From NCBI GenBank assembly GCA_963616385.1, contig CAVELH010000002.1, positions 1 to 48,754 of the forward strand: 48,754 nt of DNA, read 5' to 3'. The notes under the pieces were generated by a model. It ran no database searches and was not told the DNA's origin. It was given only the letters and a program-made list of their open reading frames with translations. The first letter of the stretch is position 1, and each line of letters opens with the position of its first letter. The stretch comes from a bacterium. Its GTDB lineage: Bacteria; Bacillota; Clostridia; Lachnospirales; Lachnospiraceae. Shown one piece after another: positions 1 to 9,967 of this stretch. The position numbers were made by a program, and so were the translations under genes.

Positions 1-553
1 CTGTAGGCGGATATATTATCTTTATATTAACTTCTACATCATCTAATGGTATTCCTGCATATAACTGCAATGACATACAATATACTGGCAATGACCAGGT
101 TGCTCCCCAAAAGTCCATATACTCGGTCTTATCATTTATATAATATGTTATATTTCTACAGTCATAGGAAATATCAAAGGTAATCAACCCCTCCTCATCA
201 TATGCCTGTTGTTTCAAATTAATTTCTTTGAGTGTACGATTATATTCATACTTTGCCTGTGCCTGATTCAGCCTTGTAACACAATTCCCTTTACCATTTA
301 CCCATGCATCTTCGCATCTCTCCTGAACTTTGTTTCTTCTTGCACATTCCTCCGCGGTCTCTCCTGCATGTACTATCTGAGGCAATTCTATATCCACTGT
401 CTCATTTCCCTTCAATGACACACATGGTATATAATCCCCCTTGAGTTCCCCATTAGTTTCTCCCTTCTTGTCTCTGTAAACATAAAAAGCATACGCTACT
501 ATCAGTATAAACATAAGGATATATATTACTATTGCCTGTTTTTTCTTTAACAT
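1..553 (-). CDS. Membrane-anchored hypothetical protein, 3'-truncated by the window edge; candidate immunity protein (not in ORF track)
   Basis: Manual translation from ATG at 553 (GGAG RBS upstream) stays open to base 1: MLKKKQAIVIYILMFILIVAYAFYVYRDKK...LQLYAGIPLDDVEVNIKIIYPPT. One N-terminal hydrophobic helix; lies directly downstream of the 372-aa putative effector. Confidence 0.8.
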   Translation of the reverse strand, partial: MLKKKQAIVIYILMFILIVAYAFYVYRDKKGETNGELKGDYIPCVSLKGNETVDIELPQIVHAGETAEECARRNKVQERCEDAWVNGKGNCVTRLNQAQAKYEYNRTLKEINLKQQAYDEEGLITFDISYDCRNITYYINDKTEYMDFWGATWSLPVYCMSLQLYAGIPLDDVEVNIKIIYPPT

Positions 554-584
554 ATTATTCTCCTGCTTCATTATTCAAATTTGT

Positions 585-1703
585 CTAATATGCAAATTCC
601 ATAAATTCCGTACCTGCTGCCAATGCCGGTATTCCTACTTCAGGTTCTAAAACTATTAACGCAATTATAACTGCTGCTCCAACAGCACACACTGCAATAT
701 TAGAAATCTCTGCTAAAAATCCACCTAATGAAAAACCACTCACTGTTTCTTCCTGAGACTCCCATTCCGAGACACTATATATCTCCACCCCACAGGCATT
801 ATCCATAGACACACTATCATATGCCCCATTTACCTCGGCATAATTATATGTGGTTGTTATACCATTCTCAATTATAAAATTCCCAGAATTAGTATTCAAT
901 CCTACTGTACTAAATGCACTCGTGTTCTCATCTATATTATAACTATGTGTTAAAGAAAACTCGTCATTGGCTGCTGCTATATCCAAACTTGTAAAATCAT
1001 ATGTCGCTAACAAATGTACACATGCTTCCTTGTCCCCTGGTGAATAATCAACAGATATATGGTCATTGCCAACAGTAGTATACACCTCATTTCTATAGTA
1101 TATATTCACCCCGGGATATATAGGTAAATCTACCCTGACATTATAAGGAAATTCTTCATCAGTCAAAAGAAAATATTGTTTTGCATATTGAATGCATTTC
1201 CATTGATACAATAACTTTTCTTTATCCGTCATATTATCAAAATCATCATAATCAATGCCATCATTTCCAAGTTGAGCTCGAATATATAGGGTTGCATTAA
1301 GCTCATCCTCCGCAATAATGTCATATATGCTTGCATCATCCTGTGCAAGACCAGCAGCGCTGTTATATGCATCAATCGCAAAATCTTTTAACGCAAACTC
1401 TTTATCTGACATACCATCAATAAGCTCTCTTAGCTTCTGGGCATTTACTGTATCATCCTGCTCTAAATATGCACGATTTTTTCCTAATATAATTTCCTGT
1501 TCTATAAGCTCATCACGTTTCTGACATAAGCTCTCTCTTATGCTGCTGTACTGACTTTGTATGTACGAATCGGAAAATGCATCTGAATTATTATCCGACA
1601 TTGCATTGGTCAGGATTTGAATCATACTGTTTAGCTGGCTTATCTGCTCACCCACACCCTGTATACAGCTTGTAATGGTTTCCGAATATAACCTTCTATA
1701 CAT
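585..1703 (-). CDS. Putative T7SS-type effector: helical N-terminus, C-terminal hydrophobic segment
   Basis: 372-aa ORF with GGAGG RBS, coiled-coil-like first ~110 aa and C-terminal GFLAEISNIAVCAVGAAVIIALIVLEPEVGIPALAAG; preceded by three ~100-aa helical ORFs. Effector role is inferred from context. Confidence 0.5.
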   Translation of the reverse strand: MYRRLYSETITSCIQGVGEQISQLNSMIQILTNAMSDNNSDAFSDSYIQSQYSSIRESLCQKRDELIEQEIILGKNRAYLEQDDTVNAQKLRELIDGMSDKEFALKDFAIDAYNSAAGLAQDDASIYDIIAEDELNATLYIRAQLGNDGIDYDDFDNMTDKEKLLYQWKCIQYAKQYFLLTDEEFPYNVRVDLPIYPGVNIYYRNEVYTTVGNDHISVDYSPGDKEACVHLLATYDFTSLDIAAANDEFSLTHSYNIDENTSAFSTVGLNTNSGNFIIENGITTTYNYAEVNGAYDSVSMDNACGVEIYSVSEWESQEETVSGFSLGGFLAEISNIAVCAVGAAVIIALIVLEPEVGIPALAAGTEFMEFAY

Positions 1704-1714
1704 ACTATACCTCC

Positions 1715-2008
1715 CTAATTTGCCATAAATTCTTCTACCGCTGCTGATAACTGCTGGTCAAGCAGCTCTGATTTTTGAGCAGCCAACAATATAATATCTG
1801 CATAGTTTGTCATAAAAGTACCTATATCACCGACTATACTATTTACCATATTTCTCATTTTTTCAAATTCCTCAGAATACTGTCCCTTATTTTTATTACC
1901 ACCATAATAATAGTAGGACAGACTCTTTTGTATATTAATTACATCTTCTCCCAAATTCTTCATACGCGATGCCTTTAACTCTATATCACTATAATGTAAA
2001 TCAGTCAT
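1715..2008 (-). CDS. Small WXG100-like helical protein
   Basis: 97 aa, helix-turn-helix pattern with central NKG turn in place of WxG, and EsxA-like tail AQKSELLDQQL; RBS present. Confidence 0.55.
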   Translation of the reverse strand: MTDLHYSDIELKASRMKNLGEDVINIQKSLSYYYYGGNKNKGQYSEEFEKMRNMVNSIVGDIGTFMTNYADIILLAAQKSELLDQQLSAAVEEFMAN

Positions 2009-2020
2009 ATTTCTCTCCCC

Positions 2021-2287
2021 CTATGATAATTTATCATCTCTCTCAACATCTGTCAGAAACTCACCTGTCCTGCTTTTCACATTTTCCAACATTTCATTAA
2101 GAACTGATGATATATTAGTATAAAAAGACATATACTTATTAGACAATATCGTCTGTAATTCCTCACCATAATTATTCACTTCAAACAATGAATCACAGTT
2201 TTTCTTAAATACATCCAATTTTAATTCAACATCCGCTATCTTCTCTGCATAAAAATCACATACATTTACATAATATTCTTCATCCAC
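2021..2287 (-). CDS. Small WXG100-like / effector-partner protein
   Basis: 88 aa, GTG start, central NYG turn, acidic tail EFLTDVERDD; tightly spaced with neighbours. Confidence 0.5.
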   Translation of the reverse strand: MDEEYYVNVCDFYAEKIADVELKLDVFKKNCDSLFEVNNYGEELQTILSNKYMSFYTNISSVLNEMLENVKSRTGEFLTDVERDDKLS

Positions 2288-2313
2288 CTGTAACTCAATC
2301 TCGCATCCTCCTG

Positions 2314-2652
2314 TTATTTATCATCATAATCCTTAATTTCACTATTCCAATGATTGATATTCCTTTGCGCTCCCTTTCTGGCAGTCTCTAAATGAGAACT
2401 GATAGCATTAAGCTTATTAATTATTCGCTGCAGCTCATACTCATTGAACATCTCATAGTTTCTTCCGTATAATGTTTCAAGCATTACTGAATCCACTCCA
2501 TACTGTCTGAGCTTATTCATTACATTCCGGCATTGTCCCAGCCCTGTTGTTATGCTCTCTACAACCGAATTGTTCGTAGCAATTTTCTCTCTGTATGAAT
2601 TTCTTTTTCCAACATAATGATTATATTTATTCACCATCTCATATCTTTCCAT
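2314..2652 (-). CDS. Small coiled-coil protein, putative effector partner
   Basis: 112 aa, strong GGAGG RBS, heptad-like pattern; first gene of the cassette. Confidence 0.5.
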   Translation of the reverse strand: MERYEMVNKYNHYVGKRNSYREKIATNNSVVESITTGLGQCRNVMNKLRQYGVDSVMLETLYGRNYEMFNEYELQRIINKLNAISSHLETARKGAQRNINHWNSEIKDYDDK

Positions 2653-2707
2653 CAGCGTCCTCCCCCCTTTTATTAGACATCCTTCTATTGCAATAACATA
2701 TAAGAAT

Positions 2708-2736
2708 AAAATAGACTATTTTATGTATGTTGTCAA
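2708..2736 (-). promoter_or_regulatory. Sigma-A-like promoter of the orphan cassette
   Basis: Minus strand TTGACA (2736-2731), 17-nt spacer, TATTTT (2713-2708); both boxes lie within palindromes. Confidence 0.55.
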
Positions 2737-2754
2737 CATGCAACAACTGCACAT

Positions 2755-2799
2755 AAAAATACCGCACCAGAATCACAATCCATGTGTTCCGGTGCGGTA
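2755..2799 (-). terminator. Intrinsic terminator after the phosphohexomutase gene
   Basis: TACCGCACC (2760-2768) / GGTGCGGTA (2791-2799) stem followed by a T-run on the minus strand. Confidence 0.75.
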
Positions 2800-2832
2800 A
2801 TCTTTATATCTTATTATTCTATTTAATTCAAT

Positions 2833-4560
2833 TTATACCATATAATCAATCATCTGGAGAACAGCCTTGCCAAACTCCTCTGACTTCTGCTCTGCATCCT
2901 CGAAGTTCTTGCCAATTACACCATAGTAGAACTTAATCTTAGGCTCTGTACCAGATGGTCTTGCACATAACCATGCACCACCCTCAAGCTCATAATATAC
3001 AACATTTGACTTAGGCAAGCCGGTTGGAAGTACAGCCATATTGAGCATGTTAGTTGCTGTATCGTTATCGTAGTTACGAGCCCAGAGAACCTTTAAGCCT
3101 GCGATTTCCTTAGGAGTATTCTCCTTGAGCTGGTTCATGATACTCTGTATCTTCTCAAGTCCCTCAATACCCTTCATAGTGAGAGTCTTGATACTGTCAA
3201 TATGATAACCATACTTCTCGTAAATATCTATCATTACATCCCACAAGGTCTTGCCAAGTGACCTGTAATAAGCTGCTGCCTCACAGAGTGCCATAGTTGC
3301 TACTATAGCGTCCTTATCTCTTGCATGAGTACCGATAAGGCAACCGTAGCTCTCCTCAAATCCAAAGAGGTATGTTCCGTTATGCTTTGTCTCAAACTCA
3401 AGCATCTTCTGTCCGATATATTTGAAGCCTGTAAGAACCTCAACAAGCTTAACTCCGTAATGCTTAGCCATTCCATCAACCAGATTAGTTGTAACGATTG
3501 ACTTAACAAGCACACCATCCTCTGGCAAGCCCTTAGTAGCCTTTATCTGTCCTATCTCATAATCAGCAAGCAGACTTCCTGACATATTACCTGTAAGGCA
3601 ATGATACTCGCCTTCCTTATCTCTTACATATACTCCCAATCTGTCTGCATCAGGATCAGTAGCTAAAACTAAGTCCGCGTCATGCTGCTTAGCAAGTGCA
3701 AGTGCAAGTTCAAATGCCTCTGCTGCCTCAGGGTTAGGATAGCTGACTGTAGGGAAATCTCCGTCAGGGAGCTCCTGCTCAGGCACAACATAAACATTCT
3801 CAAATCCAAGCTCTCTTAAGATTCTTCTTGCAGGAATATTACCTGTTCCATGTAAAGGTGTATAGACAATCTTTAACTCACTGCCATACTTGTCAATACA
3901 TTCCTGATGAATAACGAGCTTCTTTAACTCTGCCATATATGCATCATCTATTTCCTTGCCGATAGACTCATATAAGCCCTCGTGTACAGCCTCCTGCTTA
4001 GGCATTGTCTTGGCATCCTGTACAGTGATAGACTTAACCTCTCTCATAATACCTGCATCGTGAGGTGGTGTAATCTGAGCGCCATCCTCCCAATACACTT
4101 TATATCCATTATACTCAGGTGGATTATGACTTGCAGTAACATTGATACCTGCAACACAGCCAAGATATCTTACCGCAAATGACAACTCTGGTGTAGGACG
4201 AAGTGACTCAAATACATACGCCTTAATTCCGTTTGCAGCAAGACAAAGAGCTGCAACATCAGCGAATTCAGGTGAGCATCTTCTTGAATCATATGCAATC
4301 GCAACTCCCTTAGACTGCTTCTTACGCTTAATAATGTAATTAGCAAGTCCCTGAGTTGCCTTGGCAACAACATAATTGTTCATTCTGTTAATGCCGGCAC
4401 CAATGATGCCACGAAGACCAGCCGTTCCAAACTCAAGCTCAGCATAGAAACGTTCCTTAATCTCCTTCTCATCATCTTTAATTGCAATAAGTTCCTGTCT
4501 TGTCTCCTCGCTGAAAAATGGATCTGTCATCCACTCCTCATACACCTTCATGTAATCCAT
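2833..4560 (-). CDS. pgm: Phosphoglucomutase/phosphomannomutase (alpha-D-phosphohexomutase)
   Basis: FGTAGLRG, catalytic TASHNP, metal loop DPDADR, FEESYG, RPSGTEPK. Confidence 0.93.
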   Translation of the reverse strand: MDYMKVYEEWMTDPFFSEETRQELIAIKDDEKEIKERFYAELEFGTAGLRGIIGAGINRMNNYVVAKATQGLANYIIKRKKQSKGVAIAYDSRRCSPEFADVAALCLAANGIKAYVFESLRPTPELSFAVRYLGCVAGINVTASHNPPEYNGYKVYWEDGAQITPPHDAGIMREVKSITVQDAKTMPKQEAVHEGLYESIGKEIDDAYMAELKKLVIHQECIDKYGSELKIVYTPLHGTGNIPARRILRELGFENVYVVPEQELPDGDFPTVSYPNPEAAEAFELALALAKQHDADLVLATDPDADRLGVYVRDKEGEYHCLTGNMSGSLLADYEIGQIKATKGLPEDGVLVKSIVTTNLVDGMAKHYGVKLVEVLTGFKYIGQKMLEFETKHNGTYLFGFEESYGCLIGTHARDKDAIVATMALCEAAAYYRSLGKTLWDVMIDIYEKYGYHIDSIKTLTMKGIEGLEKIQSIMNQLKENTPKEIAGLKVLWARNYDNDTATNMLNMAVLPTGLPKSNVVYYELEGGAWLCARPSGTEPKIKFYYGVIGKNFEDAEQKSEEFGKAVLQMIDYMV

Positions 4561-4574
4561 GATGTTCCTCCTTT

Positions 4575-5918
4575 TTATTCAACCAAATCAAGCAATGACG
4601 TCAATGCAGGATAACTGTATTCATCGTCCTTACCATTATCTGTTGTCTGTATAGTATAGCTTTTTATTAAAAACCCTGTTTTATACAAGGTTATAGTATG
4701 CGTACCTGAAACCTTCGGAAATGACACCGGAGCCACACCGACATAGTCACCGTCAAAATACACTCCTGCTCCGACTGGCGCTTTTACCGTTATCTTATTT
4801 CCTGTTATATCAGCTTCCGTTGTAGTCTGGCTGCTGCTCTCCGTGGTCTGTGAATCGCTTTCAGATGACTGACTGTCACTGCTGCCTGTCTCCTCACTGC
4901 TTGTGTCATCACTACTTTCCGTAGTGTCCTCTGTGTCATCCTCCAACGCAGTTAAATTAATCTTAAATGTCTCAACAGACTCATCTATAGTGAAGCTTCC
5001 CCTGAATGTCTTATATCCGTCTGCCTCGACCTTAATTCCATAGCTTCCGTACAGTCCGGTATATACATTACCCTCAATCTGATTGCCCGACACATATATC
5101 ACTGCCTCCGGCGGTGTAACCTCAAATGCAGCCGAGCCTGATGGAATAGCGATATCCAAAAGATTAACCTCTATCTCCTTGCCACGCGTAACAGTGACCT
5201 CCTTGCTTGCACTATATCCACCCTTATTTATTCTTAAAACATACGAGCCTTCCCTAACTGTGAGAAGCATATCTGTAGTTACGGGAACTATTACATCATA
5301 TCCAATTTCAACCATTCCACCAACATATGTGTCCTGATGATTAAGTCTCACATATCCATGGCCTAACTCTATAACAACCGATACAAGCTTACCTGAATAC
5401 AGGTATAAGGTAACCTGATCCTCGGTATTAATCTCTGATATATCAATCAGCGTATCTCCGTCAAATGCCTTCACATATTCTGACATTGCACAGCTTGTTC
5501 CCTTATATGTTGCCTTTCCGGCATCAACATCTGCCGAAAACTTATTGATAGACTTTCTTACCTCTGCACTCGTGCTTACGGAAATACTTACAAGCTTCGC
5601 TGTATCTGAATAATACACCACATCAACAAGCATACCCGCCTTCATGGACTCTATACTTATATCTGTGCCATACGAATCTGTCACCTTAACTCCACCATGA
5701 TATATGAGGGAATTAGTACCTCCGGTAAGACAATCCATAACTCCAACTATATTATGCTCCATATCAACACTTAAAAGCACAGCAGTCATGCTCTTCTCAT
5801 CATGACTTATCACTGTCTCCTCAGTATCATCATACACCTTGACGTCACCGCTTGAGGAACATCCTGTGCAGATACAAAAAAGCATCATTAAAAATATGAA
5901 TACAATCTTTTTGCGCAT
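4575..5918 (-). CDS. PEGA-domain lipoprotein
   Basis: Start moved to MRKK (5918, AAGGTGG RBS); lipobox ICTGC; PEGA-like repeats such as GVYFDGDYVGVAP...GTHTITLYKTG; Ser/Thr/acidic linker. Confidence 0.75.
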   Translation of the reverse strand: MRKKIVFIFLMMLFCICTGCSSSGDVKVYDDTEETVISHDEKSMTAVLLSVDMEHNIVGVMDCLTGGTNSLIYHGGVKVTDSYGTDISIESMKAGMLVDVVYYSDTAKLVSISVSTSAEVRKSINKFSADVDAGKATYKGTSCAMSEYVKAFDGDTLIDISEINTEDQVTLYLYSGKLVSVVIELGHGYVRLNHQDTYVGGMVEIGYDVIVPVTTDMLLTVREGSYVLRINKGGYSASKEVTVTRGKEIEVNLLDIAIPSGSAAFEVTPPEAVIYVSGNQIEGNVYTGLYGSYGIKVEADGYKTFRGSFTIDESVETFKINLTALEDDTEDTTESSDDTSSEETGSSDSQSSESDSQTTESSSQTTTEADITGNKITVKAPVGAGVYFDGDYVGVAPVSFPKVSGTHTITLYKTGFLIKSYTIQTTDNGKDDEYSYPALTSLLDLVE

Positions 5919-6012
5919 TGAACCACCTTGTTTTCTGATGCAAATCTCAAATATGTCACACATTTATATAAAATGGGACATAACATAGCTATCATATTAT
6001 ACAAGATATTTT

Positions 6013-7023
6013 TTAAAATGTGAAGTGATTATACATATTTTTTAGTTTTTCAAGGATAACTTGCTTTTTATCCTCATCAGCAATGACCTTCTCAAGTTTC
6101 TCAAGCATCTTAGGTGAAAGCCAGTTCTTCGATGAATTGATATATTGATTGCTTATTTTGTAGAATTTTTCAGGATATCTGTATTGTACATATATGTAAT
6201 TTATGTCCTCAGAGGACAACGGACAGATTTCGTTATACTGACCGATAATCTGCTCTGCCACCGCAAAATTATAATTATTCTTCTCTAATGCCTTTCTCAT
6301 AAAATGATACAGGTCATTTAGCTGGTTTCCCACATAGAAACGGTCAAAATTAATCGTTCCCTTCACGACTACACTTCCATCATCTTGACCTACAAGTACA
6401 CTGTGCTGATTATACATTCCATGGCAATATCCAAGATGAGTGGTATTTATCTCAGGCTCCCCCCCATCTGACATAGAATCCATCTCGCACAGCTTAGCCT
6501 GCTCATAAAAGTAATCATATGCCTTTATGTAAACACTCTCAAATTCCCTGCGTTTTTTCTGTCTCGCAATGAAATTCCTTACACGCTTAAGCTCCCTGTT
6601 TCTTCTCCTGAAATCGTTACACACTCTTATATGTACATCCCCCTCTGTGCTGTTCCACACATTTTGGCAAACAAGGTGAAGAGACGCCAGATTTCTTACT
6701 GCGGCTGACACCTCTTCAGGAGAGCCAAGGCTACATTCCTTACCATCAAAAAAGCAACGCATTACATAGGGATTATTATATCTGTCATATGTCACAAGTT
6801 CATCCCTGTTATTCTTCACGCATCTGTCAATATTCCTGAATCCCATATCGTACAGTTTTTCCTTGAACTGGTACTCTGCCATCAGTCTGCTTTCATTTAC
6901 ATCAGGTGTCTTAACCTGATAAAGACCGGCATCCGTCACAAGTAATATTGCCCCTCTGCCACGCATGGTTTGACGGATTTCCATATCATATGCTTCATAT
7001 ACTTCAGACATTTTATCAGACAA
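6013..7023 (-). CDS. CotS-family spore coat protein (kinase-like fold)
   Basis: GRGAILLVTDAG N-terminus, GYCHGMYNQHSV, NFDR, QLNDLYHFMRK, YPEKFYK; TTG at 7023 sits 6 nt after GGAGGGG and is preferred to the track start 7038. Confidence 0.8.
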   Translation of the reverse strand: MSDKMSEVYEAYDMEIRQTMRGRGAILLVTDAGLYQVKTPDVNESRLMAEYQFKEKLYDMGFRNIDRCVKNNRDELVTYDRYNNPYVMRCFFDGKECSLGSPEEVSAAVRNLASLHLVCQNVWNSTEGDVHIRVCNDFRRRNRELKRVRNFIARQKKRREFESVYIKAYDYFYEQAKLCEMDSMSDGGEPEINTTHLGYCHGMYNQHSVLVGQDDGSVVVKGTINFDRFYVGNQLNDLYHFMRKALEKNNYNFAVAEQIIGQYNEICPLSSEDINYIYVQYRYPEKFYKISNQYINSSKNWLSPKMLEKLEKVIADEDKKQVILEKLKNMYNHFTF

Positions 7024-7053
7024 AAAAATCCCCTCCAAACATCAATCTTGTTA

Positions 7054-7082
7054 ATTGTATGTCCAAAAGGGATATTTCATTC
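7054..7082 (-). promoter_or_regulatory. Possible mother-cell sigma (SigE/SigK) promoter
   Basis: CATACAAT at 7061-7054 upstream of the spore coat gene matches the SigE -10 consensus; -35 match is weak. Confidence 0.35.
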
Positions 7083-7088
7083 CTAATA

Positions 7089-8486
7089 TTATTTATTATT
7101 TAGCTTGTCTGACACAATTTTTAATAATTGTTCCTTAGTGTTAAGCGATGGCTCATCAAGAACCAACTCAAGCAGCTCATGTAACATAACTCCAAGCTCC
7201 CGTCCGGGCTTCATTCCACAGGCTATAAGCTGTTTTCCGTCAACTGCAAGCTCCGCTATGCTTATGCACTGTGCCTCACTCTCTACTCTGTCATACATAG
7301 CCTCCATGTCAGCTATTGCTTTCAGCTTCTCCTCGCGCCTGTATTCGCTCTGCCCCGCCATGTCAGCTCTGCGGATTGTCATATAATCATTATAATTATC
7401 CTTCCCAAGCTTACCTAAGAATCTGCGAAATGCTTTTATTCCCACTCCGCCGCCTATGCCGTAGTCGTGGTTTTTCACAAGTCTGCATACAGAATCTATC
7501 GTGTGGTTATCAAGCTTAAGCCTCCTCAGGATAACCCTTGCCATATCAGCACCCTTATCCTGATGTCCATAGAAATGGTCAACTCCCGCTTCATCAGTAG
7601 TCTTGGTTACTGGCTTGCCAACATCATGCAGCAATGCTGCATAGCGCATTATCATATTAGCAGGCACATTCTTCATAACCTCAATGGTATGAAGTCCCAC
7701 GCTATATATATGGTATGGATTGTTCTGCTCGGTCTGCATCATGGCATCAAATTCCGGAAGGAAAACTGCTGTAAGACCAAGCTCATACGCCTTTACAAGT
7801 AATTCAGGATGATTAGAGATAATCAGCTTAGTAAGCTCAACCTGTATTCTCTCCGCACTTATATCCTTCAGGAAACGCGCCTGCTTTTTCATAGCACATT
7901 CCGTCTTATCTTCAATGGAAAAGCCTAACTGTGCCGCAAATCTCACCGCCCTCAGTATGCGGAGCGCATCCTCGTCAAATCTCTCATATGCATTGCCGAC
8001 ACATCTTACAATTCCATTTTCAAGGTCCTCTCTGCCACCAAACAGGTCAACTATCCCCTGACTGTCATTGTATGCCATAGCATTGATGGTGAAGTCACGC
8101 CTCTTTAAGTCCTCAGCAAGACTAGCCGTAAATGTTACTTCCTTCGGTCTCCTGTGATCCTCATACTTTCCATCCACCCTGTATGTCGTTACTTCATATG
8201 CATAGTCGGTATGCATAACCTCCTGTCCGTAAAAAGAGGCATCCATAGCTGAATATTTTTTATCGACCAATACCGTAACTGTTCCATGCTGTATTCCGGT
8301 ATCTATTGTCCTGTGAAATATTCTTTTTACCTCTTCCGGTGTAGCGGAGGTTGTGATATCCCAGTCATTTGGCTTTTTGCCAAGTATGCTGTCTCTCACA
8401 CAGCCGCCAACTATATAAGCTTCATATCCATGAGATGTCAGTTCGTCTATAATATACCCGGCACCTGCTGGCATCCTTATTTCCAT
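7089..8486 (-). CDS. cca: CCA tRNA nucleotidyltransferase (class II) with HD domain
   Basis: VGGCVRD...DWD, EDLKRRDFTINA, EDALRILR template motif, LLHDVGK. Confidence 0.9.
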   Translation of the reverse strand: MEIRMPAGAGYIIDELTSHGYEAYIVGGCVRDSILGKKPNDWDITTSATPEEVKRIFHRTIDTGIQHGTVTVLVDKKYSAMDASFYGQEVMHTDYAYEVTTYRVDGKYEDHRRPKEVTFTASLAEDLKRRDFTINAMAYNDSQGIVDLFGGREDLENGIVRCVGNAYERFDEDALRILRAVRFAAQLGFSIEDKTECAMKKQARFLKDISAERIQVELTKLIISNHPELLVKAYELGLTAVFLPEFDAMMQTEQNNPYHIYSVGLHTIEVMKNVPANMIMRYAALLHDVGKPVTKTTDEAGVDHFYGHQDKGADMARVILRRLKLDNHTIDSVCRLVKNHDYGIGGGVGIKAFRRFLGKLGKDNYNDYMTIRRADMAGQSEYRREEKLKAIADMEAMYDRVESEAQCISIAELAVDGKQLIACGMKPGRELGVMLHELLELVLDEPSLNTKEQLLKIVSDKLNNK

Positions 8487-8500
8487 GTTATTCCTCTATT

Positions 8501-9937
8501 CTAATATGCTCTACCAAAGTAAACCATCTTCTTAGCAGGCTTTCCACAATGTACACATACGTCTGACAATGTCTCCTGCTCAAATGGCATACATCTTGTT
8601 GTAGCACCTGTCTCATCCTTGATTGCTACCTCGCATGCCTCATCTCCACACCACATAGCCTTTATAAAGCCCGGCTTATGCTCAAGTGTATCTGTGAACT
8701 CATCCCATGTTGTAGCGGTGTAAGTATGTGTATCACGATGCTTCTTGGCGCGCTCAAACATATCATTCTGCATTGTCTCTAAGAGCTCGCCAATCTTAGT
8801 CTCAAGCTCTGCAAAAGGTACTACTGTCTTTTCTCTTGTATCTCTTCTTACTATAACTGCCTGTCCAGCCTCTATATCCTTAGGACCTACCTCAACACGA
8901 AGTGGAATTCCTCTCATTTCCTGCTCAGCAAACTTAAATCCAGGATTCTTATCTGTTGTATCAACCTTAACTCTATACTTATCAGCAAGAACACTTCTAA
9001 GCTCCTCTGCCTTCTCAAGCACGCCCTCCTTCTTCTGCATGATAGGTACTATCATAACCTGTGTTGGTGCAACATGAGGTGGAAGTACAAGTCCGCTGTC
9101 GTCACCATGAACCATGATAATAGCTCCGATAAGTCTTGTTGTCATTCCCCATGATGTCTGGTGAACATACTGGAGCTTATTGTCCTTATCTGTGTACTGT
9201 ATTCCAAATGCCTTTGCAAAACCATCACCGAAGTTGTGGCTTGTTCCGGACTGAAGTGCCTTTCCATCATGCATAAGTGCCTCTATTGTATAAGTAGCTT
9301 CTGCACCCGCAAACTTCTCCTTGTCTGTCTTACGTCCCTTTATTACAGGTATTGCAAGAACCTCCTCACAGAACTTTGCATATACATTAAGCATCTGTAT
9401 TGTTCTCTCCTCTGCCTCCTCTGCAGTTGCATGAGCTGTGTGTCCCTCCTGCCATAAGAACTCTCTTGAACGAAGGAAAGGTCTTGTCTCCTTCTCCCAT
9501 CTTACAACTGAACACCACTGATTATATACCTTTGGTAAATCTCTGTATGACTGTATCTCCTTCTGATAGAAATCACAAAACAATGTCTCTGATGTAGGTC
9601 TTACACATAATCTCTCCTGAAGTGGATTAAGCCCTCCATAAGTTACCCATGCTACCTCAGGTGCAAAGCCTTCTACATGATCCTTTTCCTTCTGAAGCAG
9701 GCTCTCAGGTATAAACATTGGAAGATATACATTCTCAACTCCTGTAGCCTTAAAACGTGCGTCAAGCTCCTTCTGAATAAGCTCCCATATAGCGTAGCCT
9801 GTAGGCTTAATTACCATACATCCCTTTACGCTTGTGTAGTCTATAAGCCCTGCCTTTATAACTACATCTGTATACCACTGTGCAAAATCCTCATCCATAG
9901 AGGTAATCTGTTCTACTAATTTCTTATCCTTAGCCAT
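8501..9937 (-). CDS. proS: Proline--tRNA ligase (eukaryote/archaea-like type)
   Basis: [43 protein letters not shown]-terminal FGRAY. Confidence 0.97.
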   Translation of the reverse strand: MAKDKKLVEQITSMDEDFAQWYTDVVIKAGLIDYTSVKGCMVIKPTGYAIWELIQKELDARFKATGVENVYLPMFIPESLLQKEKDHVEGFAPEVAWVTYGGLNPLQERLCVRPTSETLFCDFYQKEIQSYRDLPKVYNQWCSVVRWEKETRPFLRSREFLWQEGHTAHATAEEAEERTIQMLNVYAKFCEEVLAIPVIKGRKTDKEKFAGAEATYTIEALMHDGKALQSGTSHNFGDGFAKAFGIQYTDKDNKLQYVHQTSWGMTTRLIGAIIMVHGDDSGLVLPPHVAPTQVMIVPIMQKKEGVLEKAEELRSVLADKYRVKVDTTDKNPGFKFAEQEMRGIPLRVEVGPKDIEAGQAVIVRRDTREKTVVPFAELETKIGELLETMQNDMFERAKKHRDTHTYTATTWDEFTDTLEHKPGFIKAMWCGDEACEVAIKDETGATTRCMPFEQETLSDVCVHCGKPAKKMVYFGRAY

Positions 9938-9967
9938 TTTCTTATTCCTTCCTATTAACTATTTTTA

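Noticed and set aside
209..418. Plus-strand 69-aa ORF
   Set aside because: Antisense shadow of the longer RBS-bearing minus-strand gene starting at 553.
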